Shown here: positions 1 through 8,610 of the stretch, in pieces
Layout of the letters: the number at the start of each line of letters is the position of its first letter
Position numbering within the stretch: the stretch's first letter is position 1
NCBI GenBank assembly: GCA_040902005.1
Contig: JBBDYA010000070.1
Location: 1 to 28,440 of the forward strand
Direction of reading: 5' to 3'
From: Gemmatimonadaceae bacterium
Lineage (GTDB): Bacteria; Gemmatimonadota; Gemmatimonadetes; Gemmatimonadales; Gemmatimonadaceae
Length of the DNA: 28,440 nt
Position numbers and translations under genes: made by a program
Notes under the pieces: model-generated
Databases searched by the model: none
Told to the model about the DNA's origin: nothing
What the model saw: the letters and a program-made list of their open reading frames with translations, nothing else

Positions 1-54
1 CAACACGCCTGACTCTGGATCAGGAGAGTCCTGGTTCGATCCCAGGAGGGGCAA
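1..54 (+). tRNA. tRNA-Gln (anticodon CTG), 5'-truncated by window edge
   Basis: Anticodon arm CCTGA-CT(CTG)GA-TCAGG at 8-24; T-arm CCTGG-TTCGATC-CCAGG at 30-46; 3' acceptor strand AGGGGCA plus discriminator A. CCA is not encoded. Confidence 0.93.
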
Positions 55-75
55 TCATCGATGTGCGGAAATGCG

Positions 76-109
76 AGGGCTTACCCCACTGGTAGGCCCT
101 TTCGTTTTG
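76..109 (+). terminator. Intrinsic terminator downstream of tRNA-Gln
   Basis: Stem AGGGCTTACC / GGTAGGCCCT (76-85 / 91-100, one G-U pair), followed by TTCGTTTTG. Confidence 0.7.
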
Positions 110-164
110 TGATGTGCTGGATACGTACGACCGTTAACGTGCTTTGACCCCAACGGCACACCGA

Positions 165-911
165 ATGATCGCTCTCTTCTCCGACGTGCACGGCAACCTG
201 CCGGCGCTCGACGCCGTGCTCGCGGACGTCGCCGCGCGGCCCGACGTCACTGCCGTGTATCACCTGGGTGACCTGGTCGGGTACGCTCCGTGGCCCAACG
301 AGGTCGTGGCGCGGATTCACGAGGCCGGCATCGCGGGGGTGGCGGGCAACTACGACTCCACCGTCGCCACCGACTACAAGCACTGCGGCTGCCGATACGA
401 GGATCCCCGGCAGGAGCAGTTGTCGCACCTCTCGTACGCCTGGACGCGCGCGCACGTGACGCCGGAAACCAGGTCGCGGCTTGGCGCGCTGCCCTTCCGC
501 CTGGACGTGCGCCCACTCGGCGGTCATGTCGCGGGGCCCACGCTGCGGATGATTCACGGCAACCAGAGCCTGAACACGGTGTACGTCACGCTCGATCGCC
601 CGGACACCTTCCTCGCGAAGATGGGCGCCGGCATGGGCGCGAGCGCCGGAGACGTGGTGGCCTTCGGGCACACGCACGTGCCGTGGCACCGGGTGGTTGA
701 TGGAATCCATTTCGTGAACACGGGAAGTGTTGGCCGCCCCAAGGATGGCGACTGGCGTGCCGGCTACGTGCTGCTCGACGTCACCACGGAGGGCATCACG
801 TCACAGGTGGTGCGCGTGGACTACGACGTGGACCGCGCGGCTCGCGCCATCATCGAGAGCGACCTGCCGGACGATTTCGCGGAGTACCTCCGCACGGGCG
901 GCAAACCGTAA
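165..911 (+). CDS. Metallophosphoesterase (calcineurin-like, YfcE/MJ0912-type)
   Basis: Motifs SDVHGN, HLGDLVGY, GNYD, IHG, FGHTH, NTGSVGRPKDGD. ATG at 165 preferred over TTG at 144; -10-like TAACGT at 135-140. Confidence 0.9.
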   Translation: MIALFSDVHGNLPALDAVLADVAARPDVTAVYHLGDLVGYAPWPNEVVARIHEAGIAGVAGNYDSTVATDYKHCGCRYEDPRQEQLSHLSYAWTRAHVTPETRSRLGALPFRLDVRPLGGHVAGPTLRMIHGNQSLNTVYVTLDRPDTFLAKMGAGMGASAGDVVAFGHTHVPWHRVVDGIHFVNTGSVGRPKDGDWRAGYVLLDVTTEGITSQVVRVDYDVDRAARAIIESDLPDDFAEYLRTGGKP

Positions 912-919
912 CCGGCGCC

Positions 920-933
920 GGGGGGGGGGGGGG
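920..933. repeat. Poly-G homopolymer (14 G) between convergent genes
   Basis: Read directly; overlaps the end of the palindrome CCGGCGCCGG (912-921). Confidence 0.85.
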
Positions 934-963
934 CCCGTCTGGCCGTCGCCGATCGCCTGCGGG

Positions 964-1332
964 TCAGAGCAGACGGGCCGCCAGCGTCGCACCGAGCAGC
1001 AACCCGGCGAGCAGCAGTACCAGGGTCGTGAGAAAGACCAGCAGCCAACGCAGCCACCAGCGCGCGCGCCGCGCGCCGCGTGCCACTCCCACGCCGCCCA
1101 GCACCGGCAGGGTCGCCCCCACGATCACCGTCGCGATGTGCGTTTCCCTGGGCGACGCCCGCAGGAGATCCAGGGTGCCGGCCGCGATGAGCAGCACCGC
1201 GAGCGCCGCGCCTGCCGCCCACAGGCGGCGCATGTGCTGCCCGCGGTACGCTGCCTCGAGCGCCGTTGCCATGGCCGCCGCCAGCAGGAGGCCCAGCGAC
1301 AGCGCGAGGTGGTCGACCGACGAGTTCCCCAT
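964..1332 (-). CDS. Hypothetical membrane protein (about 4 TM helices)
   Basis: 122 aa with four hydrophobic segments; TAATAT -10-like hexamer 8 nt upstream of the ATG (1341-1346). Confidence 0.65.
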   Translation of the reverse strand: MGNSSVDHLALSLGLLLAAAMATALEAAYRGQHMRRLWAAGAALAVLLIAAGTLDLLRASPRETHIATVIVGATLPVLGGVGVARGARRARWWLRWLLVFLTTLVLLLAGLLLGATLAARLL

Positions 1333-1356
1333 GCGGGCGGATATTAATCGCAGACG

Positions 1357-2070
1357 CTACGCCTTGCGGTGCAGGTCCTCGTGGTGGTGCTTGATCTGCT
1401 TTCCCTCCGCCAGGTACACGGCATCCTCGCCGATGTTGGTGGAGAGATCGGCCACGCGCTCCAGGTTCCGCCCCACCAGCAGCAGCTCGATGGCTGTGGA
1501 GATGGTCTTGGGATCCTCGAGGATGTGGGTCACGACGATGCGAAAGAGCCCGTCGTTGAGCTTGTCCACCTCGTCGTCCATGAGGCAGACGGCGCGCCCG
1601 AGTCCCCCGTCGGCGCGCAGGAACGCGTCGATGGCCTGGGCAAGCATCTGTCGCGCGCGCCGCGCCATTTCCTCGATGGCGGCATCCGGCGTGATCCGGC
1701 TCTTCGAGTGGATCAGCCGCTGCGCGCCCTGCGCGATGTTCACGGCGTGGTCGCCCACGCGTTCCAGGTCGCTCGATGCCTTGATCGCGCTGATGATGAA
1801 GCGAAGGTCGCGGGCCATCGGCTGCTGGAGAGCCAGCAGCTGGACGGCCATCCCCTCAATCTCGATCTCCAGGTCGTCCACTTCGCGATCGCCGGCGAGG
1901 ACCGCCTCCGCCTTGTCCAGGTCGTGCGTGAGCAGCGCCTCCACGGCAAGGTCGACCAGCGACTCCGCGCGCTCGGACATGGTGAGCAGGCGCTGTTTCA
2001 GCTCCTCGAGCTGATCGTGGAAATGGCGAAACCCGGGCTGGCGCCCGGCGGTACTTGGATCGGGGGTCAT
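1357..2070 (-). CDS. phoU: Phosphate signalling complex protein PhoU
   Basis: [41 protein letters not shown]. The start ATG (2068-2070) overlaps the pstB stop (ATGA). Confidence 0.96.
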   Translation of the reverse strand: MTPDPSTAGRQPGFRHFHDQLEELKQRLLTMSERAESLVDLAVEALLTHDLDKAEAVLAGDREVDDLEIEIEGMAVQLLALQQPMARDLRFIISAIKASSDLERVGDHAVNIAQGAQRLIHSKSRITPDAAIEEMARRARQMLAQAIDAFLRADGGLGRAVCLMDDEVDKLNDGLFRIVVTHILEDPKTISTAIELLLVGRNLERVADLSTNIGEDAVYLAEGKQIKHHHEDLHRKA

Positions 2071-2819
2071 CCGAATCTCCCGGTGACGTAGGCCTCGGTG
2101 CGCTCTTCGCGCGGACTGGTGAAGAGCCGGTCGGTCGTCTCGTACTCGACGAGCCGGCCAAGGTAGAAAAATGCGGTATCGTCGGACACGCGCGCTGCCT
2201 GTTGCAAGTTGTGCGTCACGATCACCACGGTAAGCTCGCCTTTCAGCTCGAAGAGCAGCTCCTCGATCTTCTGGGTGGCGATCGGATCGAGCGCGCTCGC
2301 TGGTTCGTCCAGCAGGAGCACCGCCGGATCGTTGGCGAGCGCGCGGGCGATGCAGAGGCGCTGCTGCTGCCCGCCCGACAGCGTGAGCGCGCTGTGCTGA
2401 AGGCGGTCCCGGACCTCGTCCCACAGCGCGGCGCGCTGGAGCGAGCGCTCGACGATCTCGTCCAGCGCGTGGCGGTCGCGCTCGCCGTTGATGCGCGGCC
2501 CGAAGGCGACGTTGTCGTAGATGGACTTCGGAAACGGATTCCATCGCTGGAACACCATTCCCGCGCGCTGCCGCAGCGCCACCACGTCGGTGCCACGGTC
2601 GTACACGTCCGTGCCGTCCAGCTCGAGCGATCCGGATTGGCGGGTGCCGGGAATCAGCTCGTTCAGACGGTTGATGGATCGCAGGAAGGTGGACTTGCCG
2701 CATCCGGAGGGCCCGATGAGCGCGGTGATGGCGCGCGGGCGCACCGACAGCGTGATGTCGAACAGCGCCTGCGTCGCGCCGTACCAGAAGGAGAAGCCCT
2801 TGGCGATGACCGCGCTCAT
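2067..2819 (-). CDS. pstB: Phosphate ABC transporter ATP-binding protein PstB (copy 2)
   Basis: Walker [10 protein letters not shown], signature [16 protein letters not shown], Walker B LLLDEP, C-terminus [10 protein letters not shown]. Confidence 0.96.
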   Translation of the reverse strand: MSAVIAKGFSFWYGATQALFDITLSVRPRAITALIGPSGCGKSTFLRSINRLNELIPGTRQSGSLELDGTDVYDRGTDVVALRQRAGMVFQRWNPFPKSIYDNVAFGPRINGERDRHALDEIVERSLQRAALWDEVRDRLQHSALTLSGGQQQRLCIARALANDPAVLLLDEPASALDPIATQKIEELLFELKGELTVVIVTHNLQQAARVSDDTAFFYLGRLVEYETTDRLFTSPREERTEAYVTGRFG

Positions 2820-3607
2820 CCGAATCGTCCCGTGATGTAGGCCTCGGTGCGCGGATCCTTCGGGGTCGTGAACATCGCGGTGGTGGGCGCGACTTCCACC
2901 AGCTCACCCAGCAGGAAAAAGGCGGTGACGTCGGACACGCGAGCGGCCTGCTGCATGTTGTGCGTGACGATCACGACGGTCATGTCCTTGCGCAGCTCGT
3001 ACAGCAGCTCCTCCACCTTCTGGCTGCTGACGGGATCCAGCGAGGAGGTCGGTTCGTCCAGCAGCAGCACTTCCGGATCCGTGGCGAGCGCGCGCGCGAT
3101 GCACAGGCGCTGTTGCTGGCCGCCGGAGAGCGCGACGGCGCTGGCCGGCAGCCGGTCCTTGACTTCGTCCCAGAGCGCGGCGCGCACGAGGGCGCGCTCC
3201 ACGATCTCATCGGTGCGGCGACGGTCTGGCCGGCGCGGCAGCACCTTGAGCCCGGCCGCCACATTGTCGCGAATGGACATCGTGGGGAAGGGCGTGGGCT
3301 TCTGGAATACCATGCCGATGTGTTTGCGCACCTCGATGGGATTCACGCCGCGCGCGTAGATGTTCCCGCCGTCCAGCAGTACCTGCCCCTCCACGCGCGC
3401 GAGCGGCGTGGTTTCGTGCAGCCGGTTCAGGGCCCGCAGAAACGTGGACTTGCCGCATCCCGACGGCCCGATGACGGCCGTCACCTCGCGGTCGCGGAGC
3501 GCGAGCGACGCACCGCGCACCGCGGCGGACGCGCCGAAGTACGCCGTTACCGCGTTTGCTTCGAGCCGGATGCGTCCCCGCTCGGGCGAGCGCCGCTCAG
3601 TCGCCAT
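2816..3607 (-). CDS. pstB: Phosphate ABC transporter ATP-binding protein PstB (copy 1)
   Basis: [55 protein letters not shown] at 3607 overlaps the pstA end. Confidence 0.95.
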   Translation of the reverse strand: MATERRSPERGRIRLEANAVTAYFGASAAVRGASLALRDREVTAVIGPSGCGKSTFLRALNRLHETTPLARVEGQVLLDGGNIYARGVNPIEVRKHIGMVFQKPTPFPTMSIRDNVAAGLKVLPRRPDRRRTDEIVERALVRAALWDEVKDRLPASAVALSGGQQQRLCIARALATDPEVLLLDEPTSSLDPVSSQKVEELLYELRKDMTVVIVTHNMQQAARVSDVTAFFLLGELVEVAPTTAMFTTPKDPRTEAYITGRFG

Positions 3608-4508
3608 GACTGCCGCCCGTTCGCGATCGCGTGGCATACCGCGCCGCGACACTGATGATGAAGACCACCGCGATGAGGACCAGCGATCCCGCCCACGCCA
3701 GCCGGTGCCACTCGTCGTACGGACTGGTGGCGTAGTAGAAAATCTGCAGGGGCAGCGCCGCGATGGGTTGATCCAGGCGCGTGGACCAGAAGTGGTTGCC
3801 GAACGCGGTGAAGAGCAGGGGCGCCGTTTCGCCCGCGATCCGCGCCACGGCCACCAGCACGCCGGTCACGATCCCCGCGGTGGCCGTGCGCAGCACCACG
3901 GCAAGCGCGGTGCGCGCGCGCGAGTAGCCCAGCGCGAGCGCCGCCTCGCGCAGGGCGGTGGGCACCAGGCGCACCATCTCTTCCGTCGTCCGCGTCACCA
4001 TCGGGATCATCATTGCCGCGAGCGCCACGCCGCCGGCCAGTGCCGAGAAGTGGCCCAGTGGCCGCACGAGAAACTGCCAGGCAAACACGCCCAGTACGAT
4101 GGACGGCAGGCCGTTCAGCACGTCGGCGAGAAACCGCACGGTGTTGGCCAGCCGCGTGCGACCGTAGTCCGCGAGGTACAGGCCGGCGCCGATGCCGATC
4201 GGCAACCCGATGCCGCAGGCCACGGCGATCAGGATCAGGGTACCGACGATGGCGTTGGCCATGCCGGCGCCCGGCTCACCCACCGGCTTGGGCATCTGCG
4301 TGAAGAAGTCGATCGAGAACGACGACGCACCGGCCCGGATCAGGTGAAACAGGATGAACACCAGCGGGAGCGTGGTGAGCAGGGCCGCGATCGCGACGAC
4401 GCCCGTCATCAGGCCGTTCACCACGCGGCGGCGGAGGATGGTCTTCGCCGTGCGCGCCGCGACCGCGCGCTGGCGCCCCGTCGGGCCGCTCCCACGCGGG
4501 CGGATCAT
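3597..4508 (-). CDS. pstA: Phosphate ABC transporter permease PstA
   Basis: GGLPSIV-like [13 protein letters not shown] loop [26 protein letters not shown] at 4508 overlaps the pstC stop. Confidence 0.95.
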   Translation of the reverse strand: MIRPRGSGPTGRQRAVAARTAKTILRRRVVNGLMTGVVAIAALLTTLPLVFILFHLIRAGASSFSIDFFTQMPKPVGEPGAGMANAIVGTLILIAVACGIGLPIGIGAGLYLADYGRTRLANTVRFLADVLNGLPSIVLGVFAWQFLVRPLGHFSALAGGVALAAMMIPMVTRTTEEMVRLVPTALREAALALGYSRARTALAVVLRTATAGIVTGVLVAVARIAGETAPLLFTAFGNHFWSTRLDQPIAALPLQIFYYATSPYDEWHRLAWAGSLVLIAVVFIISVAARYATRSRTGGSHGD

Positions 4509-5503
4509 GCTCCGCGCCCCCCGGCATGGCGGCCCACGCGCCACACCAGCCAGCGCGCGATGCCGTTCACGACGAGCGTCAGCACGAGCAGCACGAACGC
4601 CACGCCCATCAGCGCCGACAGGTGCATCGCACCCGAGGCTTCCGTGAACTCGTTGGCGATGAGAGACGCCATCGTGTAGCCGGGGGCCAGAAGCGACGCG
4701 GAAATCTCGTGCCTGTTGCCGACGAGCATCGTCACGGCCATCGTCTCGCCGAGCGCGCGGCCCAGGCCAAGGATTATCCCACCGATGATGCCGCTCCGCG
4801 CGAACGGCAGCACCGTCTTCTGCACCATCTCCCAGCGCGTGGCGCCAAGCGCCAGCGCAGCCTCACGCTGCGAGCGCGGCACGGCCAGCAGCACCTCGCG
4901 CGAAACGGACGAGATGTATGGCAGCACCATGATGGCCAGGATCAGCCCCGCGGCGAAAATGCTGTTCCCGTACGACGGGCCGCTGAATAGCGGCACCGCG
5001 CCCAGGTGTAACGTCTCGCGGATGAACGGAATCACGTGCGCCCGCAGCAGGGGAATCAGGACGAAGATCCCCCAGAGCCCGTACACCACGCTCGGAATCG
5101 CGGCCAGCAGGTCCACGAAGAACGCCACCGGCTGCCGTAGCCAGCGGGGAGCGTAGTCCGAGAGAAAGACGGCCACGCCGAGCGCCAGCGGCGTCGCGAT
5201 GACCAGCGCGATGATCGACGTCACGATCGTGCCGAAGATCGCGGACGCGGCGCCGAAGCGCTCCCGTACGGGATCCCACTCGCTCGAGGTCAGGAATCCG
5301 AACCCGAACTCGCGCAGCGCCGGCCATCCCGCCATCGCGACCTCCGCCAGGATGAGCGCCAGGAGGAGCGGCACGCACAGGGCGAACCCCGTGATGGCCA
5401 CTACATAAATGCGATCGCCCATGGCGGTGCCGACGATCCGCTCGCCAAGCGAGGGCTCGTCGGCCGCCACGGGCATTTCGCCGGCGGGGCCGCGATCGGC
5501 CAT
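4505..5503 (-). CDS. pstC: Phosphate ABC transporter permease PstC
   Basis: [50 protein letters not shown]. Confidence 0.96.
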   Translation of the reverse strand: MADRGPAGEMPVAADEPSLGERIVGTAMGDRIYVVAITGFALCVPLLLALILAEVAMAGWPALREFGFGFLTSSEWDPVRERFGAASAIFGTIVTSIIALVIATPLALGVAVFLSDYAPRWLRQPVAFFVDLLAAIPSVVYGLWGIFVLIPLLRAHVIPFIRETLHLGAVPLFSGPSYGNSIFAAGLILAIMVLPYISSVSREVLLAVPRSQREAALALGATRWEMVQKTVLPFARSGIIGGIILGLGRALGETMAVTMLVGNRHEISASLLAPGYTMASLIANEFTEASGAMHLSALMGVAFVLLVLTLVVNGIARWLVWRVGRHAGGRGA

Positions 5504-6582
5504 TACCTGCCAGTAACCTGAATCGAGTCCACTCGTGCGATGAGCCGCTGCGCCACGCCGTCAGGGAGCGGCGCGTAGTCCAGCGCGGCCGCCGACTTCT
5601 CGCCTTCCGTCAGTGCCCAGCGCATGAAGTCCTTGAGCTTCTGCGCCTTGGTCGCGTCCGTCTGGTTCGTGTAGATCAGCAGCCACGTGAATGACGAAAT
5701 GGGATACGAGGCCGCGCCCAGGGCGTTGACGACGGACACGCGATAGTCCGTGTCGGGCGGCAGGTGCGCCCCGGCCGCGGCCGCCGTGATCGACTCGATC
5801 GTCGCGTCAATAAACTGCCCGGCGGCGTTCTGTACGGAGGCGTACAGCAGCCGGTTCTGCCGCGCATACGCGAGTTCCACGTAGCCGATGGAGCCCGGCG
5901 TCTGCTTCACCTGCCCCGCCACCCCCTCGTTCCCCTTGCCACCAATCCCGGTGGGCCAGCGCACCTCCTTGCCGCGTCCCACGACCGTGGACCACTCGGG
6001 GCTCACGGCCGCCAGGTAGTCCGTGAACACGTAGGTGGTGCCACTGCCGTCCGATCGATACACCACGAGAATGTCGGACGCCGGCAGGCGGACGCCCGGG
6101 TTCAGCGTCGCAATGCGCGGATCATTCCATCTGGTGATCTTCCCCAGGTAGATCTCCGCGATCGCCTGGCCCGTGAGTCGGATCGTCTGCGTGACTCCCG
6201 GCACGTTGTACGCGAGAACAACCGCGCCGAGCACGGTGGGGAAGTGCATGATCGGACCACCCTTGGCCCGCCCCAGTTCATCGTCGCTCATCGGGCCGTC
6301 GGTGGCGCCAAAGTCCACCGTCTGCTCCATGATCTGGCGAACACCGCCGCCGGACCCGATCGACTGGTAGTTGATCTGCACCCCGGTCAGGGTCGCGTAG
6401 TCGGACATCCACTTGAAGTAGATCGGTTGCGGGAACGTCGCGCCCGCGCCGGTCAGGTCTACGCCCGACGTGGTGCTGCGGGCAGCGCCCGTGTCACCGG
6501 CCGCACGCTCACCGCCACCGCCGCACGCCGAGAGAAACGCCAGTCCGACTGCCGCCGCGATAAATCGGTTGGTCACGATCAC
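5503..6582 (-). CDS. pstS: Phosphate-binding lipoprotein PstS
   Basis: GAGATFPQP, YQSIGSGGG, DFGATD, RSDGSGTT, GKGNEGVA, YPISSFTW; lipobox LSAC. GTG start at 6582 with a GGGAG SD upstream. Confidence 0.96.
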   Translation of the reverse strand: MIVTNRFIAAAVGLAFLSACGGGGERAAGDTGAARSTTSGVDLTGAGATFPQPIYFKWMSDYATLTGVQINYQSIGSGGGVRQIMEQTVDFGATDGPMSDDELGRAKGGPIMHFPTVLGAVVLAYNVPGVTQTIRLTGQAIAEIYLGKITRWNDPRIATLNPGVRLPASDILVVYRSDGSGTTYVFTDYLAAVSPEWSTVVGRGKEVRWPTGIGGKGNEGVAGQVKQTPGSIGYVELAYARQNRLLYASVQNAAGQFIDATIESITAAAAGAHLPPDTDYRVSVVNALGAASYPISSFTWLLIYTNQTDATKAQKLKDFMRWALTEGEKSAAALDYAPLPDGVAQRLIARVDSIQVTGR

Positions 6583-6583
6583 G

Positions 6584-6631
6584 AAAAAGCTCCCGTGGAG
6601 GGTGGATGAAAGCTCCACCGCACGGGGGAGC
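6584..6631 (-). terminator. Hairpin plus U5 tract overlapping the pstS ribosome-binding site
   Basis: Minus strand reads GCTCCCCCGTG-C-GGTGGA-GCTTTCA-TCCACC-CTC-CACGGGAGC-TTTTT-C-GTG(start). Confidence 0.45.
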
Positions 6632-6636
6632 CGGTT

Positions 6637-6663
6637 GTGACAGACGTGTAACGGCCTTGTAAC
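6637..6663 (-). promoter_or_regulatory. Putative Pho box (3 units) upstream of pstS
   Basis: Minus strand CTGTTAC-AAGG-CCGTTAC-ACGT-CTGTCAC: 11-bp period, resembling the PhoB half-site CTGTCAY. Confidence 0.8.
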
Positions 6664-6678
6664 AGAGCCCGGTCATCG

Positions 6679-7812
6679 TCAGAAACTGGCCACCCAGTGG
6701 AAGAACCAGGTCCTGCTGGGCACGCCGGCGTTGGCCGTCCCCGTGGGCGTCAGCCCCTGGTAGTCGAACGCGAGTGTCACGCGGGGGTTCAGCTCCCAGG
6801 TGGCGCCGGCGATCAGCAACTCGTTGCGCGCGTCCGCGCCGGTGTTCAGCGTGAACCGGTCGAACCGGCCCACCACGCCCAGACGCGACCGGTTGCCACC
6901 GAGCAGCTCGGTGGGCCGAGCGACGACGAACACCGATTGCAATACACTCGTCCTGTCCAGGACGACGCGTGGAGAGACGATGGTATTCTGTCCACCCTCC
7001 AGCTCTTCCAGCCGCTGCGAGTACTCGGCGCCCACGGTCAGTCGCCGGTCGCGCACCCCCGCGAACACACCACGCCGGTCTTTGCGCAGGCCCTCGCTCA
7101 CCTGCCCCACCTGTCCCGGATTGGGCGCCACGAACTGGCTGGCATTCCAGCCCTTGTAGTACCAGGGCGAGATCGCGAAGGTGCGGAGGAAACCGGAGTC
7201 GTTCGCGAACGGCGTGAAGGAGAGGCGGCCGGCAACGTCCTTGAAGCGATCGTTCTCCGCATTGGCGTACCCCACGCCATTCATGACCGTCACGTACGCC
7301 TCGCCGCGCCGCCCCGGCAGCGCGACGTGCGTCGCGGCGCCCACGTCCGAGGAGGAGAAGAAGCCGTTGGTCTCGAGCGCGGTGCTGCCCAGCCAGCGTG
7401 GCCAGAACGTCTCGACGTGTTCGATGGTCACCGTTTGCAGCATCCCGATGCGCGCCGCAGCGGCCATCCCCTCGATGCCGGCAAGGTTGCGCGTGAGATC
7501 GTACTGGAGGATGCCGTACTTGAGGCGAATCGCCAGCCCGCCGTAATAGCCCGCTGCCGCGTTCTGGAACACGTCGGTGGTGACGCGGAGGCTGGCCCGG
7601 TCACCCGCGGGAGCGCGGAACGTGAGATACGCGCGCGCGAGGTCGAACCGGTTCGGCGGTTCGCCGCCGGTCGTCGCCTTCGCGGCGTCGTCCGTCCGCA
7701 TCTGGAAGTTGCCGAACAGCAGTGTCGAAAACTCGTACGCCGGTCGCTGGCTGGCTTGCGCCGGGAGCAGGCAGGGCACGCACAGGAGGACAACACTCAG
7801 GACACGCCGCAT
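6679..7812 (-). CDS. Putative outer-membrane beta-barrel porin (candidate phosphate-selective, OprO/P-like role)
   Basis: Signal peptide; amphipathic strands; FDLARAYLTF, RLKYG and NGVGY..END.FKD motifs; C-terminal beta-signal WFFHWVASF; lies directly upstream of pstS. Confidence 0.7.
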   Translation of the reverse strand: MRRVLSVVLLCVPCLLPAQASQRPAYEFSTLLFGNFQMRTDDAAKATTGGEPPNRFDLARAYLTFRAPAGDRASLRVTTDVFQNAAAGYYGGLAIRLKYGILQYDLTRNLAGIEGMAAAARIGMLQTVTIEHVETFWPRWLGSTALETNGFFSSSDVGAATHVALPGRRGEAYVTVMNGVGYANAENDRFKDVAGRLSFTPFANDSGFLRTFAISPWYYKGWNASQFVAPNPGQVGQVSEGLRKDRRGVFAGVRDRRLTVGAEYSQRLEELEGGQNTIVSPRVVLDRTSVLQSVFVVARPTELLGGNRSRLGVVGRFDRFTLNTGADARNELLIAGATWELNPRVTLAFDYQGLTPTGTANAGVPSRTWFFHWVASF

Positions 7813-7920
7813 CGTGACCGATCCGTGATGGAAGTTCGTGACGAACGCGCCGCCGGAAGTGCCGCGCGTGACAAACCGAAGACAACGCGCACGAAATTCT
7901 GGCGGACAGGTGTTCGCCTC

Positions 7921-7947
7921 GCCACGGACCGGTCACGAACGTGTAAC
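7921..7947 (-). promoter_or_regulatory. Putative Pho box upstream of porin gene
   Basis: + strand GCCAC-N6-GTCAC-N6-GTAAC. Weaker pairs at 7868-7883 and 7814-7829. Confidence 0.65.
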
Positions 7948-7984
7948 GCGCGTCGGGATTCGCGCGCCGCCGTTGCGTGGGCGG

Positions 7985-8596
7985 TTACAGGTCGCCGTCC
8001 AGCGCGATGAACTTCCAGCGACCGTCGCGCTCGACGATGCGACCGAACAGCTGTACCTCGCGCTCGGCGCCTCCTTCACGGATGCGGACGACGCACTTGG
8101 AGGTGACGCGGAGCGCGCCCTCCACCTCGGCCGGCGCCGGACACCGATAACTCAGCGGCTCGAGGCCGCCCGCGGCCCGGGCCATCAGCCTGCGGAGACC
8201 GTTGCTGGTGCCCGTCCGCAACATCATCCACGCAATTTCCGGTGGATGGCGATACGGTGCCGCGTAGAGCCGCGATTCCGGAAAGATCAGATACGCGAAC
8301 TCGGCGCGGTTTATGGTGAGGGCCATCAGTGATGCTCTGTTTGTATCCCGCACCGCGACCATGAACCGGTTCAGCAACTCGTCACGCGAGCGCGCTCCAT
8401 CCAACATCGCGGGGCGGGCCAACCGCTCGCGAAACCGCGCGAGCGCGACTTCGGGTGGGTGAATGCTGTCGACGATGTACCCGGGTTGATTGCGCGGATC
8501 TGTGGAATCAGCCGGGTTGTCGTTCGCGGCGCGGCTGTCGCAGGCGGCGAGCACGACGACCGTGGCCATGGCGGCCGGCAGAAGCCGGCGCGCCAT
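7985..8596 (-). CDS. Hypothetical lipoprotein (203 aa)
   Basis: MARRLLPAAMATVVVLAAC lipobox; starts 14 nt after the upstream gene's stop; no family recognised. Confidence 0.75.
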   Translation of the reverse strand: MARRLLPAAMATVVVLAACDSRAANDNPADSTDPRNQPGYIVDSIHPPEVALARFRERLARPAMLDGARSRDELLNRFMVAVRDTNRASLMALTINRAEFAYLIFPESRLYAAPYRHPPEIAWMMLRTGTSNGLRRLMARAAGGLEPLSYRCPAPAEVEGALRVTSKCVVRIREGGAEREVQLFGRIVERDGRWKFIALDGDL

Positions 8597-8610
8597 GCCA
8601 GGTCCTTGCG

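Noticed and set aside
1..110. tRNA-Gln as an integration site of a genomic island
   Set aside because: No integrase, and I saw no second copy of the tRNA 3' end in the window. A normal terminator follows.
1357..2907. 516-aa ORF suggesting an N-terminally extended or fused PhoU
   Set aside because: The extension is an Arg-rich alternative frame over pstB. The real PhoU starts at 2070 with an ATGA overlap.
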